The position numbers were made by a program, and so were the translations under genes. The notes under the pieces were generated by a model. The model was given only the letters and a program-made list of their open reading frames with translations, was not told the DNA's origin and did no database searches. A DNA stretch of 64,000 bases from NCBI RefSeq assembly GCF_000143415.4, contig NW_003314275.1, positions 811,955 through 875,954 of the forward strand. The letters are read 5' to 3'. This document shows, piece after piece, positions 1-11,790 of the stretch (positions within the stretch are counted from its first letter, which is position 1; each line of letters opens with the position of its first letter). Origin of the DNA: Selaginella moellendorffii (Eukaryota; Plantae; Lycopodiophyta).

Positions 1-327
1 CTTGGTCCCATCCGATGAACTCTTTGTCATTTTGGTCATTCTTTCGGGGTTCCTTTAGCCTACGACACCTCGGCGAGTTGGTTCCTTACAATCACCTCCT
101 CAACTCAATGAGGAAAACCTTGCACTATTCCCAAGATCCCAAAGTCGTTCCATTATTGGCCCCTTTTCTATCCACCACCTTGTCTACAAGTTCACACATG
201 AACTGTAATGGAGAGCCATGTCTTCCCGACCTGCTACTCCTCAAGGATAGGCCCACTTCTCGGACCTTCCGTTGCCAACACCAGTGGTGATATACTTGAG
301 CACCAATAAAAGTCGGACTAAGGAACA

Positions 328-339
328 GCTCCGATACCA
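328..339 (-). promoter_or_regulatory. Primer-binding site (tRNAi-Met type) of family A element
   Basis: Minus strand reads TGGTATCGGAGC (canonical TGGTATCAGAGC), 3 nt from the LTR end. Confidence 0.85.
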
Positions 340-342
340 AGT

Positions 343-1401
343 TGTAAGCGACTAAATTTTCCATTCTACTTTAGTCACTTAACCACACCTCTGACCACTT
401 GGAGGAGTCTCATTCACAACCTCCATAAGTCCAATCCAGGACTTGGGACTTGCTAGCCCTGAGAATGGCATCCATGCCACTCAACATTTGCACTTGGTCC
501 AAGTGCTCCACGTGTCCGATCCCATGACCGACACTCAAAGGTACCACCGACATAGCAGCCCGTTACGCTAAGGCCATGCCCAATCACCTTTGCCACACTG
601 GTAGTCCAATACCACTTGCATCACCGTCTTGGCTCTCCAAGACTAGGCAAACCATCCGTGAGTGGTCATCTCAGATCCACTCCTTAGCATCTTTAGGATG
701 CCCACCGACAAGGGGAATAGCCTTCCCCAATATCCCTCTGTCAGTCCCCACTAAGTCCCTTTCTGCCCCTGGCCGTGTTTGCCAACACTGCCACTGGATC
801 GAGACCCACAGGCCCGACCACTAAGTCCCACGGTCCTCTGGGACTTCCTCACCACACGACTGTGTCCTTGGTCACTACCCCAGAGGACTGCTCCTCTTCC
901 TTTCCACAGTCTGGGCCTTTGGGACAACATTTCGGAACACCGTGGCCTTACGCGAGCCACCTGGGTACTCTCCTCGCCTTCTGCCCTTGGGTGCTCTAGC
1001 CATGGGCTTAGAGCGGGTTCCGTTGAGCCACACCAGGTATCCAAGTAGGTAGTGCCACCCACACTTGGACTGGGAGCATCGGCCAGTCGATCTCCCGGGG
1101 GAACTAGAGCCGGCTCTTGAACACTTCACCAAGCTACCCCACTTGTCGGTCTGTGTTCACTCTAGTCTTGGACTTCCCAGTGGGCAGCTCATCACCCAAC
1201 ACTGGGTCCGGCCTTCCTGGGCCAAACTGGCCTTTCCTGGCCAAACTGGCTCCACTGCAGTCCTCCCCCTACTATACTTTTGGAGCTCACCAAACCCCCC
1301 AGGGTCTGGGAGACGAACGCTTTGGGCTTTCACCCTCTCAGACTCGAACTCGGACTCGGACTCGGACTCGGCCTCGGCCTCGGTCTCGGTCTTGGTCCCG
1401 A

Positions 1402-1439
<38 letters not shown>

Positions 1440-2020
1440 CCGGTCTCGGTCTCGACTTCGGACTCCATCTCGGGTCCATCTCGGACTCCATCTCGGACTC
1501 CATCTCGGACTCCATCTCGGGTCCATCTCGGACTCCATCTCGGACTCCATTTCGGGTCCATCTCGGGTCCACCTCGGACTCCATCTCGGACTCCATCTCG
1601 GACTCCATCTCGGACTCCATCTCGGGTCCATCTCGGACTCCATCTCGGACTCCATTTCGGGTCCATCTCGGGTCCACCTCGGACTCCATCTCGGACTCCA
1701 TCTCGGACTCCATCTCGGACTCCATTTCGGGTCCATCTCGGGTCCACCTCGGACTCCATCTCGGACTCCATCTCGAGTCCATCTCGGACACTTCCACGTG
1801 TCATGTGTTGGTCCTTTTGGGTCCCTTTTTAGAGCCTCGCTTTTTGCTCGCTTCGTGCTCGTTCCTCGAGCACTTCGTTGGGAGTTCCACTCCCGCTCTT
1901 GACTTTTCAAGTCGGAGCTTTTGGTCCAAACGTGTTACGCTCGTTTGGCTCTCGCTTCGGCCACTACCATGTGGCGCCCTTCCGGCTCCACTTTGGGGCC
2001 TAGGGATTTTGTGTCTCACA
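343..2020 (-). mobile_element. 5' LTR (1678 bp) of LTR retrotransposon family A; its internal region continues off the left edge of the window
   Basis: TG...CA termini (tgtaagcg at 343, tctcaca at 2020). Highly similar to 16688-18424. On the minus strand it is followed by a tRNA-Met PBS at 328-339. Confidence 0.9.
1338..1790. repeat. Tandem 6-bp (TCGGAC/TCGGTC) and 12-bp (TCGGACTCCATC/TCGGGTCCATC-type) arrays inside LTR A
   Basis: Visible directly; explains the low-complexity ORFs in all six frames. Confidence 0.9.
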
Positions 2021-2473
2021 GAACACCATTGTGTTCAGGCCAATCTCTACATTCCATAAATATGCAAAATAAGTGGATTTAAACACTTTCCATAAATAGC
2101 ATTTGGGACCGAAATAAGACTAACACAAAGGGCATGATAGTGAGGGTGTTTAGCAGACACAGTAAGCTATCATCTAATGATATTAAGGGACTAGTCTCAA
2201 TACGCAAGAGTTCTTGTCAAGCTAGTGCATGATAGAGCAAAAGAGAACTAAGAGCCAAGCCAAGTATGCTCTGCTAAAAACACATAGGAGTTCCTACCTT
2301 ATGTCCATCTGGCTAAGTACAGATGCTAAGCCCAATAAGCTAACACTTGAACAAGAGGGGCTGATAAAGGGAACTAGCAATATTGACTTCTTGCCATCCT
2401 GACAGTAAGGAAAGAGTGTCTGTAAGGATTGGCCGACAGATAACTTTCAATACCCGAAGTCACATTTGCGACA
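2021..2473 (-). repeat. Remaining part of the family B 3' LTR, interrupted by the family A element
   Basis: gaacaccattgtgttcag...gcgaca matches 23237-23689 and abuts the PPT. Confidence 0.85.
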
Positions 2474-5400
2474 CTCTCCCCCCCTAGGGAAGATCGACGT
2501 TTTTGTCAATGCATACTCGAGTCTATACCATAGCCAAGGAAACAACTTTAGAAAAAGTTCACAGTGATCACACTATGTGAGAAATGCACCAACTTAAATG
2601 AGTTAGGCGGCAACCTTTTTGTCTAACGCGGACACACTACCAACTCAGACACCTTCCGGCCATCGTTGACAAGGAAATGACCAACAGAGTTAACCACCCT
2701 TGCTACGCTAGGTATCACCTAACTTACAAAAGTGTGATATACCCCTACCTGCAAGGACATAGAGAGAGAAGCCAAAGGCCCCAGCCCTCATGAGCAAAGA
2801 AACCAAACCTGTCGGTAAGATTTAAATAAACTACTGTAAACAAGTAGTTAGAGTTGTTTCCACGGTCACGCCCTTTTAATAGAATCAAAAACATCGACAA
2901 AGAGGCGGGTGATGTGACCAGTCGACAGTATCTACCCCATGGCTAAAGATTTCACCATGCACACGAAGTGCCAAAGCCAATCTACCTATACTGGCCCAAA
3001 TTCAAAGATCAATAAATGGACAATATTAAAGTTATAAACAATGATATCTTAAAGACTTAATTATCAATGAAGAAATCTTAGATTAGAACACAAAAGTATT
3101 CCAAGTAAGTTATTATCCGATAAAGTAGTATTACAGTTTAGGAACCACCAAGATCATCATCATTTTTTTTGGAAACATAGGATTCACCATCCAACAAATT
3201 CAATAGTCAGTGTATTATTAAGAAAGCTCAATGATAAAACTGAACTATCGAAAATGGTAGATAATATGCCAAACAACTTACCAAAGATAACTCAAAGAAC
3301 ACAAAGTATCATTGACTGGCAAGCAAAATGTTCAAGAATGTATCACCCGAAGGAAATAACATCCCAATCTATCAGAATTAACTTAAGCAATAATCAACAA
3401 AATAGAATGAATGTGGTAAAACCAACAAACACTCATTTATACCAACCATTATATCAGCTAATCTGATTAAATCCCGGTCAACAATACGAAGGAACCATAG
3501 TTGTTTAAGCAAGCGTCAACAATATCCTACTGATATTTCAAACCCAAGAGACCAATCCAAAGCAAACCACAAGAAACATGTGATATTGCGAAAAACCATA
3601 AGCCATCAAAAAGACCAACTAACCATCATAAAAGATCATCAATCATCCTATCAATAGAAAGATGCATAATCATCATTGAAGAAAGAATCCACTATCCTGA
3701 AGAATAGCAAATCATTCTAGACCAACAATAATTAAGCAAAACATTTGATAAGGATAATCAACTACCCTAGATGATAGTCAACCATCATCAATGATTACTA
3801 GATGCAAATACTAATTTCAACATCGAAACTAATAATCTAAAATGCCTTCCCTAACAACTTCTAACAAATGGAACAATGAGCATAAAACTCAAGGAACCAA
3901 AAGCTCAAAGAAGTTTATAACTACGTCTTGCCTAATAATGATCACAAGTTTTGCATGAACTAACTTCAATGCTAAAGAAGAAATCATGGTATAACTCACA
4001 ACATCCTCCTCAACACATCCATAAGCTAAACTTTATAATGCAAAGCTAATGAAGAACATATTTACATCAATCCACACAATGGAGCTATGCTCAACAAATG
4101 ATTACTAAATGATCCTCCATGAATTCATCTATAACAAAATGTAACTCACTTCATAACAAGCACAAGAAGAATTATCAATGATTGATATATCCCAATTCAA
4201 ATCCAACAAAGATTCAAACATTCCAATATTGATTATTAACTCTTCTTCTCGTAAAGCTAATATAGTCCACGACTAAATCACTTTTTAAAGAGAAGCTAAA
4301 GCTCAACCCCTACTAAATAATTTCGTTTAGAACATAATTATCTTAAACTTGCCACTCAACTTGTTTGAACATCAATACAGTTGCTAACTAGCAATTGTAC
4401 AATTGCCAATAACATAAAGCTACAACTAAATCATCAACACCATCTTCATCGAGACTAATAAAACTCAATATCAATCTTTTGGAGAGACATTTCATCTCAT
4501 TCAAATCTCATTATCAATAATGTCAATGACAAAACATCATTTCAATGCCATCAACACTATAACAAAGCTAGAAGAAAGCATGAGTGAATCACCACTCAAA
4601 GCTCTTTAGCAACCAAGCTAACCAAAGTCGAAGATACCTTAGTCAGTATCTGAGACCAATCTTCCAACAATACTCAGTTACAGATAACACATCATTAAAG
4701 AGTGAATCACCACATCCAAAACTCAATGAAATCCAACACTATGAACTAAATGCAACCAAATGATATCGATAGAGGTAGAGTTGATATGCTAACATGGAAA
4801 ACCCATGTAAGTTTAACAACACGATCTTCTGCAACACCATCTGACAAAACAAGCCCATCACTAATAAATCTTCATTGAGCAAAGCAAGTGTTAACAGTCC
4901 TCGACGAAGTCTACAAGCAATCACTAGTCATAAGCAACTAACAATTATTATTTCAACTTGCCTTCACAAGACCCAACACTAAACTCATGCCATTGAATCA
5001 TATACTTGGTTAATATGAACGTAATACCCTAAGTACAAGATAAAGGTTCATAGACAAGCATAAACTAAATAACCATTTATGCTCTATTTCGTTAAAGTGG
5101 GATTTATTCAGTAAAATGGGACTAGGTACAAATTTTCAAGTATTTGAAAATGACGTGAAATTATATGTTTTTTGTCCAGGGGCTAGACATATCTGGGGCA
5201 TGGTGACTAGCGCGGTGACTTTATGTCCAGACTGAGTCCATCTGGTTGTATAATAAATCTCATTGTCAAGGTGAACAAGCCGAATCTGAAGCTAAAGAAG
5301 AGCGATGGCATGCGCGCACACACTATTTGTTTGTTCATTGAGCGTGTGGTGAGCTTTCCAAGATGAACGTCATTCCTATTAGCCAGACATATAACTTAAT

Positions 5401-6436
5401 GGTGAGAACATTTAGATATTATTCAATGTTATCTTTTTCTAACGAATCTAATTGTGAAGGTGTAGCAAGAGGCATTGCTAGTCTGGAGAAGTCATTTAAC
5501 TCATTTGACCCTTAGTGTATTTTCATGAAACTAAATAACATTCATATTATTAAGGAATTTCTCTAGTACCTTTTTTTTACGACATAGAGGCTTGCATTTC
5601 TTTCAAAGGTGATTTAGTAAAAGGCCTGAGGGCACATGCCATTCTATTTCTCAGACTGGTATTAAGATATACTAGTGCAAAGGGAAAAAAGTATTTGGTG
5701 ATCAAGTAAATAGCATGAGGGCACACGCCATTATAAGCCTAAGCGCTAGTGGACACCTCCTTTTTGGTACTCTCAACGGTACTATCATCCTTCTCCGGGT
5801 CAGTTGTTTTGCTTTGGATTGTTGTCTCTGACGTTACTGGGGCGTTCTCGATAGTTGTTAATGTTGCCGTTTGTTCAGAAAAATGATCACCTGAAGTATA
5901 GTACGGGGAGTTTGGAAGACTTATATATTCTACATCTTCACCTATCTCCTTCTCCGTCTCCTTTTCTGCCTCACTTACAGATTTTGTGCTTGCCATGAGA
6001 ACGCTCTTCACCCTAAAATATGGAGTTCGTTGTGTTATAAAAGGAAACCAACACACACGTTGCAAGGGAATGATGGTACATAAAGCACGTAAGCCCACAA
6101 TATGGGTTTATGTGCCATTAATATGGGCCACACGCCATATTATTAGATTTATGCACGTGTGATTGGTAAATGCATATGTCACATCATCTTTGTTTTACCT
6201 CACACACTATATCAGGCCTAATGAACCATATCACATGTGCGCACATGCTATATATATGGAGAAGTATTATGCAAGGATAGAAATTCAATGCATGATTGTG
6301 GAGAGCAATGGCATGAAGCCACATGCTAAATAACATTTTAGAGAAAGATCTTGTTATTTGTTATTTGTATCATCTCACTTAGGAATGGCGTAAGGCCACA
6401 TGCCATCACGCCTCCTCTGATTCAGATTCGGATTGT

Positions 6437-9400
6437 TCACCTTGAAATAAAATACATTAGAAACTTTGTAAAGGAATATTCATGAATCTCACCTTGAACC
6501 CGGGTTATGAATGCTCTTGCTGCATCTCTTGCATGGTTTGGCAAGGTGATGGTGGCACTTTGCTTCCGCATCCAACCATGCACAACATTATCCACCGATA
6601 TGCTCATGCTGGGATCCCTTGGATTCAGCACCCATCTCTTTTCTAGGCAATCGTTCGTATATCCGGAACTTGGCTTGAACCACTCCACAGTTACATTGAA
6701 GGAGTTAGTTTCCGCGTCCTCCTCTGCATCAGTGATGCAGCGCCCCACCCATATCATTTGTTTTTTATTACTGGGTCTGACAAGCACGACCATTCCTTTG
6801 CAGACCTGTACTGGATTGAATGCTGAATCCGGCTTCTTGTTCCTCGGCCCACAATAGTGATCCTCAACATCGTTATCTGTCACTGCATTTCCAGAGGACA
6901 TTGTTCCGCTACTATCTGGTGCTCTGGGTTCTGGCCAAAAGGACTCTTCCAATTCTTCATATACAACCGGCCCATTTTGGATAGTAGATATAATCTTCTC
7001 CCAGTATTCGAGCAAAGGTTTGCACCTCTGAAAATAGGATTCTCCACCAAACACCAACCCCCTCTTCCAGAAGGCAATATGTTGTCTAATCCCGGCCACT
7101 ATACTTTCCTGGTCTTTGAGTCCATCCGGGTGCATCGGCCGTGGGGAACCCTGAGGAATCATAGGTTCCCCAGTTATGGGATCTCTCTTGAAGAGTTCAA
7201 TGCCGTCCACTGGCAGCCACACTGTGTCCCATTCTCTCATCTTGTACCTCATCACTGGAGCACCGTCACACATGCTGAAATGAAACTGAAGAGGCTTGGA
7301 GTGGCCAATCAGCGTTTCGGATCCGTCCCTGATGTAGCCTCTTACAAACCCCTTAAAGTCTGGAACCTCTGTCACAAGTGCAACTTCAACAGTGCCTTTG
7401 ATGCAATTTTGGAATTCATCGTAGAGTTGTGGGAGGGTGAGGACATTGGATCGCCGGAGGGACTCTGCCAAGTGACTGAACATGGCATCGACGTCTTCAT
7501 GAGTGTGCCCAACCATGAGAAAGCCAAGTGTAACCGTTTCAAATATGCCTTTGGCAACAAGCATCGCCAAGTACGCGAAGACGTACATGTTTTTGTTCTC
7601 ACTGCCAGCATTGTCTGTTTGGAGCAGAAGATGGGGTGGAAGGCCACATCGGCCGCAAGAACTTCCTTGAGATTCTGCTTCGTTTGGATGAGGCTGTGCA
7701 TTCACCGGGCGACCAGCCTCGTCGGAATGGCATGAGGCCTCACGTGATAACCCTACAATCTGACGGCCAACATATTCACTGGGATGGCATGGGGCCCCAC
7801 GCGATACTGCAAGCCTTTGCTCCTCCTCTAGCTGAACCCTGTATGGGGTTCGATCGACAAGGGCCTTATGCAAGGGTTGGCCGTTCAGCTCAGTCTGCGC
7901 ACTTTGCAGAGACCTTAAGTGTTTTGCTAGGGACGCAATCATCATGTTTGCACCCCCGCCACCCCATAGAGGTACAAAGAGGTTCCCATAGTTCTGGGCA
8001 CCATGCCCATGAGTGATTATGCCAAACAGAGACACAGGCAGCTGCATGGATGAAGAGATTGCCTTGGGGGCAGGATTGAGTCGAGGTAAGCACGTCTTTT
8101 TCTGGTCCATTTTGTCGTGGATGATGCAGAGGTAAGAGTCAGGTCTCTCCATGGAGAGAATCCTGTTATGATAATATGTAGTCCTGCAGCTTCTCTGCTC
8201 GATGTTGTGGTCAAGCCGCCTTCTAACCAACGTCTCTCGCTCTTGAGCGCTGCAAGAATTCTTCGACAAAGCCATTTTGATAGCAGTGCACTCGTCACAC
8301 TTTGAAAAGCTGGAGTACTTTCCTATACTCACATCCCTGAACCTGTTGCTCCACAATCTACTAAATCTAGATTGGCTCAGCTTCCTGTAGCCATTACTCT
8401 GGAGTTCCCGATTCACATCTTCCAATATGGCCCCCTTGGTATACATGGAAGGGAGAACTCGTTGGGTGTCTCGTGTTCCATCTTCCAAGAGGCGGGTTTT
8501 ATGTGGTTGCTGCTCGCTACATGTCTCGACAAACCTCTTGAAGATTGCCTCTCCATATACAACATGACCCCTGGTTTTGTGCATACCGTCGTTCCCATGG
8601 ACTGCCTGTTGAACCCTTTGTTCCTCGAACTCAGTTTTGATTCTGTAGAATGTGGTTCGAGGGACTCCATAAATGATTCTCCATGCCTTCATGCAGACCA
8701 AACCCCTCTGGAAGACCATGCCCCCCACCTGATGTTCTGAAGCATCAACAGATGACCGTAATGCCTCATACACAAAATTGCGAGTTGCCTTCCAGGACAA
8801 TGTCTTGTATCTTGCTCTCTCTTCTTCAATAGCATCCCAATCAGCATGTTGACAGCACCTCCTCTTGCAACAAGCAACTGTCGAGACCATTCGAACCTCC
8901 ATCGCCATTTTCTACCTTTTCGGTTCGTTGCTCAGATCCCTTTGGCTGCACTTTAGGAAGGTGTACTTTCTTTTCCCATGAAGAGATGTTCTGTCATCAG
9001 TTGTAGTGGTGTTTGATTGTGAATCCTTCACATTCTCAAACACTAAGTGCCTCAATTTCCACCGCACAATGCTTCCAATAGTCAGACTGTTTTCTTCTGT
9101 GTCAACAACCTCTAAAATCGTAACTCCAATATCATCCCAGCCCAATTCTTGATTAGCAACCGCATCTCTTGGATCGACAACTGTGGCTAAGCCCTCAGCT
9201 ACCACCTCCCCCTCGGGGTTGTTTAGAAACACCTTTGCCTGAATCCATGTAGCACGGTTCTTAAGATCCACGGAGGGAACATGCGTCGCACTTGCGCTGT
9301 CCCCAACATCTGCTTTCTTCTGAAGATTTTTCAAGGCAACAACAACATTTACCCCGACGACCATCTCTCCTCGTTCAATAGCGACCACATTCCCATCGAA

Positions 9401-9547
9401 GACAGTGTCTACTGATACAGCAGCATTGCCTTCCCCAAGCCTTTGACAGTGTATAACAAAGTTCCGATCCATAGACACAAGGGTCCCTTTTGCAACTCTC
9501 TTCCCACCATTCAAAATGTAAACCTTTTCCCCAACCCTGAAGGCCAT
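6437..9547 (-). pseudogene. Sola1-like DDD transposase (~1,035 aa) interrupted by one in-frame TAG at 8912-8914
   Basis: ORFs 8912-9547 and 6437-8908 are in the same frame (EPKR*KMAMEVR). Motifs: SKCDEC..H, IIHDKMDQKKT, LQTDNAGSENKN, FLMVGHTHEDVDAMFS. The N-terminus has two En/Spm-Tnp1-like beta repeats (RVAKGTLV / VVAEGLAT). The C-terminus has an SH3/Tudor-like segment (GMVVLVRP..IWVGRC..VTVEWF). Further small 3' exons are possible. Confidence 0.8.
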
Positions 9548-10404
9548 TCTGAAAGTGCAGAAAAGAAGTTAAGACCATACAAAAAATGATTGGAGAATGG
9601 CCTAAATCATAACATACCAAACAACCTCAATAGCATAAGGCCACATGCCATTATTCAAACATGCTATTGACACCCATGTGAAATTTCGCATTCACAAAAT
9701 TGGCATGAGGCCTCATGCCATCTTGATATACACACAGCTGCAGGCAAGTAAAAACATACATGACAATATGCTAGCCATGAAATTGCAAGGGCCCAAGATG
9801 GCATGTGGCCTCATGCCATTTCTAAATGTGGTCCTAAGCCATTCCATGGTGAACATACCAGGTAGCACAAGTGCCGAATATCAAGAGGAAGCGGCAGCCA
9901 CACCAAAGACAGTGCCGCTCGCAACACCGCAACTACTCGTAGCGCCGCTCGCAACACCGCAACTGCTCGTAGCGCCGCTCGCACAAACTGCCACTCGCAT
10001 AAACTGCCGCTCGCAATGGCGCTCGCAATGCCGCAACCGCTCGTAGACACATAAACCACAGCCCACAACGCCACTTACACAAGCAGCGCTCACTGCGCTC
10101 AGCGGAACCAAGAACACGGCGCACAAAAATGATAAACCTAGGAATGAGTTCGAGAATTCAAAAATAACACACGCTTGAACGTCACATCAAATCCTCTGAC
10201 AAACCAGATCTTATGATTCCTCTGATAAATTTCAAACTGAGTAGCTTCTAGACTTTGCTGTCGGAGGTTGAACTTTGTCACATCATGTCCTTGCCTCGAT
10301 CCAGCTGTGCCATGTCAGTGATTCGAACTTTGCCATGCCATGTCAGCGATCCGCGCCAAGATTATTCGCCGTGTAAAGGAATAATTATGCTGTGTGTGTA
10401 CGTC

Positions 10405-11790
10405 CATTTATGGCAATATAAGGCCACACGCCATTCAAAGAATAATGCTCGACATAAGGCCACACACCATTCAAAGAATAATGCTAGTCGAGCATTTTTT
10501 GGTGCATTTTTGGGTTCAAAATTGCATGAGCCCACACGCTATAAAGTTTACCTGTACCAAAAATAGAAACAGCTTTATTTACTTGGGAATTTAAGTGGTT
10601 GAGGCATTTTTAAACTTACAAACACATGCCCTACTTACATTCCTTTGGTTGCTTAAAATTCAAGAATATTATAAACTTTTCTTTTTGCATTTTCAATGTT
10701 TTCAATTATGGTTTTTGATTTTCGTAGGACCAGCCTAGTAATCTATTTGCATCCCATCATGTTTATAGCTAGCTTTCGTTTGTCCCCTTCGCTAGCCTGA
10801 GATACATCTGCTCGGCATCTGCCTCTTACAGCATTTGCCCAGAAAGGGCATCTTTCTTCACGCAGCATTTGCCACATGTTTAGGGTTTAGGGTTTAGCAA
10901 TTCAGTAGCTTGATAAACATGCAAATACAGAACTTGATGCAAAATCCTTTGATATGTCACAATGCCCCTAGGACCATAAACACATTTCAATAGAGAGGGT
11001 CCTTTCATTTCATAACTCCTTACGTAGATCTTGGTGAAACCAGAGTTAGTGAAGTTAGTTTCTTGTGATCCCACATCTGATTGTGATGTCCCTTTGCAGT
11101 TTCGATGGAAAGGTCAATGCACACCAAACTGTAAAATCTTGGAGCAAAATAACGGTCGGATCTATGGCAAATGCCCTTGAAACATTGTAAGGCTCGTGTG
11201 GTCTCATGTGGTGTCCAATCGAGATGCTTCTTTGCAGGGTCATCAAGAAAGACATTGTATACCATTCTGTAAAATCTAGTTGCGATCTAACGGTTGGATC
11301 TCCAAAAAACTCAAAAAAATCTCACGCGTGTCAAAATATCCTAGGAATATACTCCTATGTGCCCCTGAAAATGGCATGCGGCCCCACGCCATTCAAGAGA
11401 TAACGCCAGATGACGCCGAGAATTTTTTGGTGCATTTTTTGGGTTCAAAATTGCATGAGCCCACACGCTATAAAGTTTATCTTTGCCAAATAGAGAAAAG
11501 TTTATCTGTGTCATGTGAGGTAGTTACAGTCCTTTATGCTCGGCATCTGCCTCTTGCAGCATTTGCACTGAAAGGGAATTTTTCTCCATTCAGCATTTGG
11601 CCCTGAAAATGGCATGCGCCCACACGCCATTCAAGGAATAATGCCACAGGACGCCTGGATTTTTGGGTTTAAAATGTTTAGGGTTTTTTGGGTTTTTTCA
11701 AAATATTTTGGGTCCAACGTTTTTTGGGTTTCTTTGGTTCAAAATTGCATGAGCCCACACGCTATAATATTGATTTGAGAGAAAAATAGA
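10405..11790. repeat. Internal direct repeats (about 130-170 bp, 3 copies) in the region between the two divergent genes
   Basis: Unit cacgccattcaa...ggttcaaaattgcatgagcccacacgctata at about 10420-10560, 11370-11490 and 11610-11770. gctcggcatctgcctct at about 10810 and 11538. Confidence 0.75.

Noticed and set aside
465-481. ATGGCATCCATGCCAC in LTR A (also about 16810) resembling the transposon palindrome
   Set aside because: Lacks the 6-bp spacer geometry; treated as coincidental.
1065-2059. Long ORFs in all six frames (SR-, GL- and SD-rich), repeated at 17411-18314
   Set aside because: Produced by stop-free 6/12-bp tandem arrays inside LTR A; not genes.
5739-6098. 119-aa minus-strand ORF downstream of the transposase
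   Set aside because: Low complexity; may be a 3' exon of the transposase, but the splice path could not be established.
6857-7735. 292-aa plus-strand ORF (likewise 40247-41263 and 39324-40232)
   Set aside because: Antisense or alternate-frame shadows of real genes with no recognisable motifs.
10879-10897. TTTAGGG telomere-like repeats
   Set aside because: Only about 2.7 units; telo-box-like sequences are common near plant promoters.
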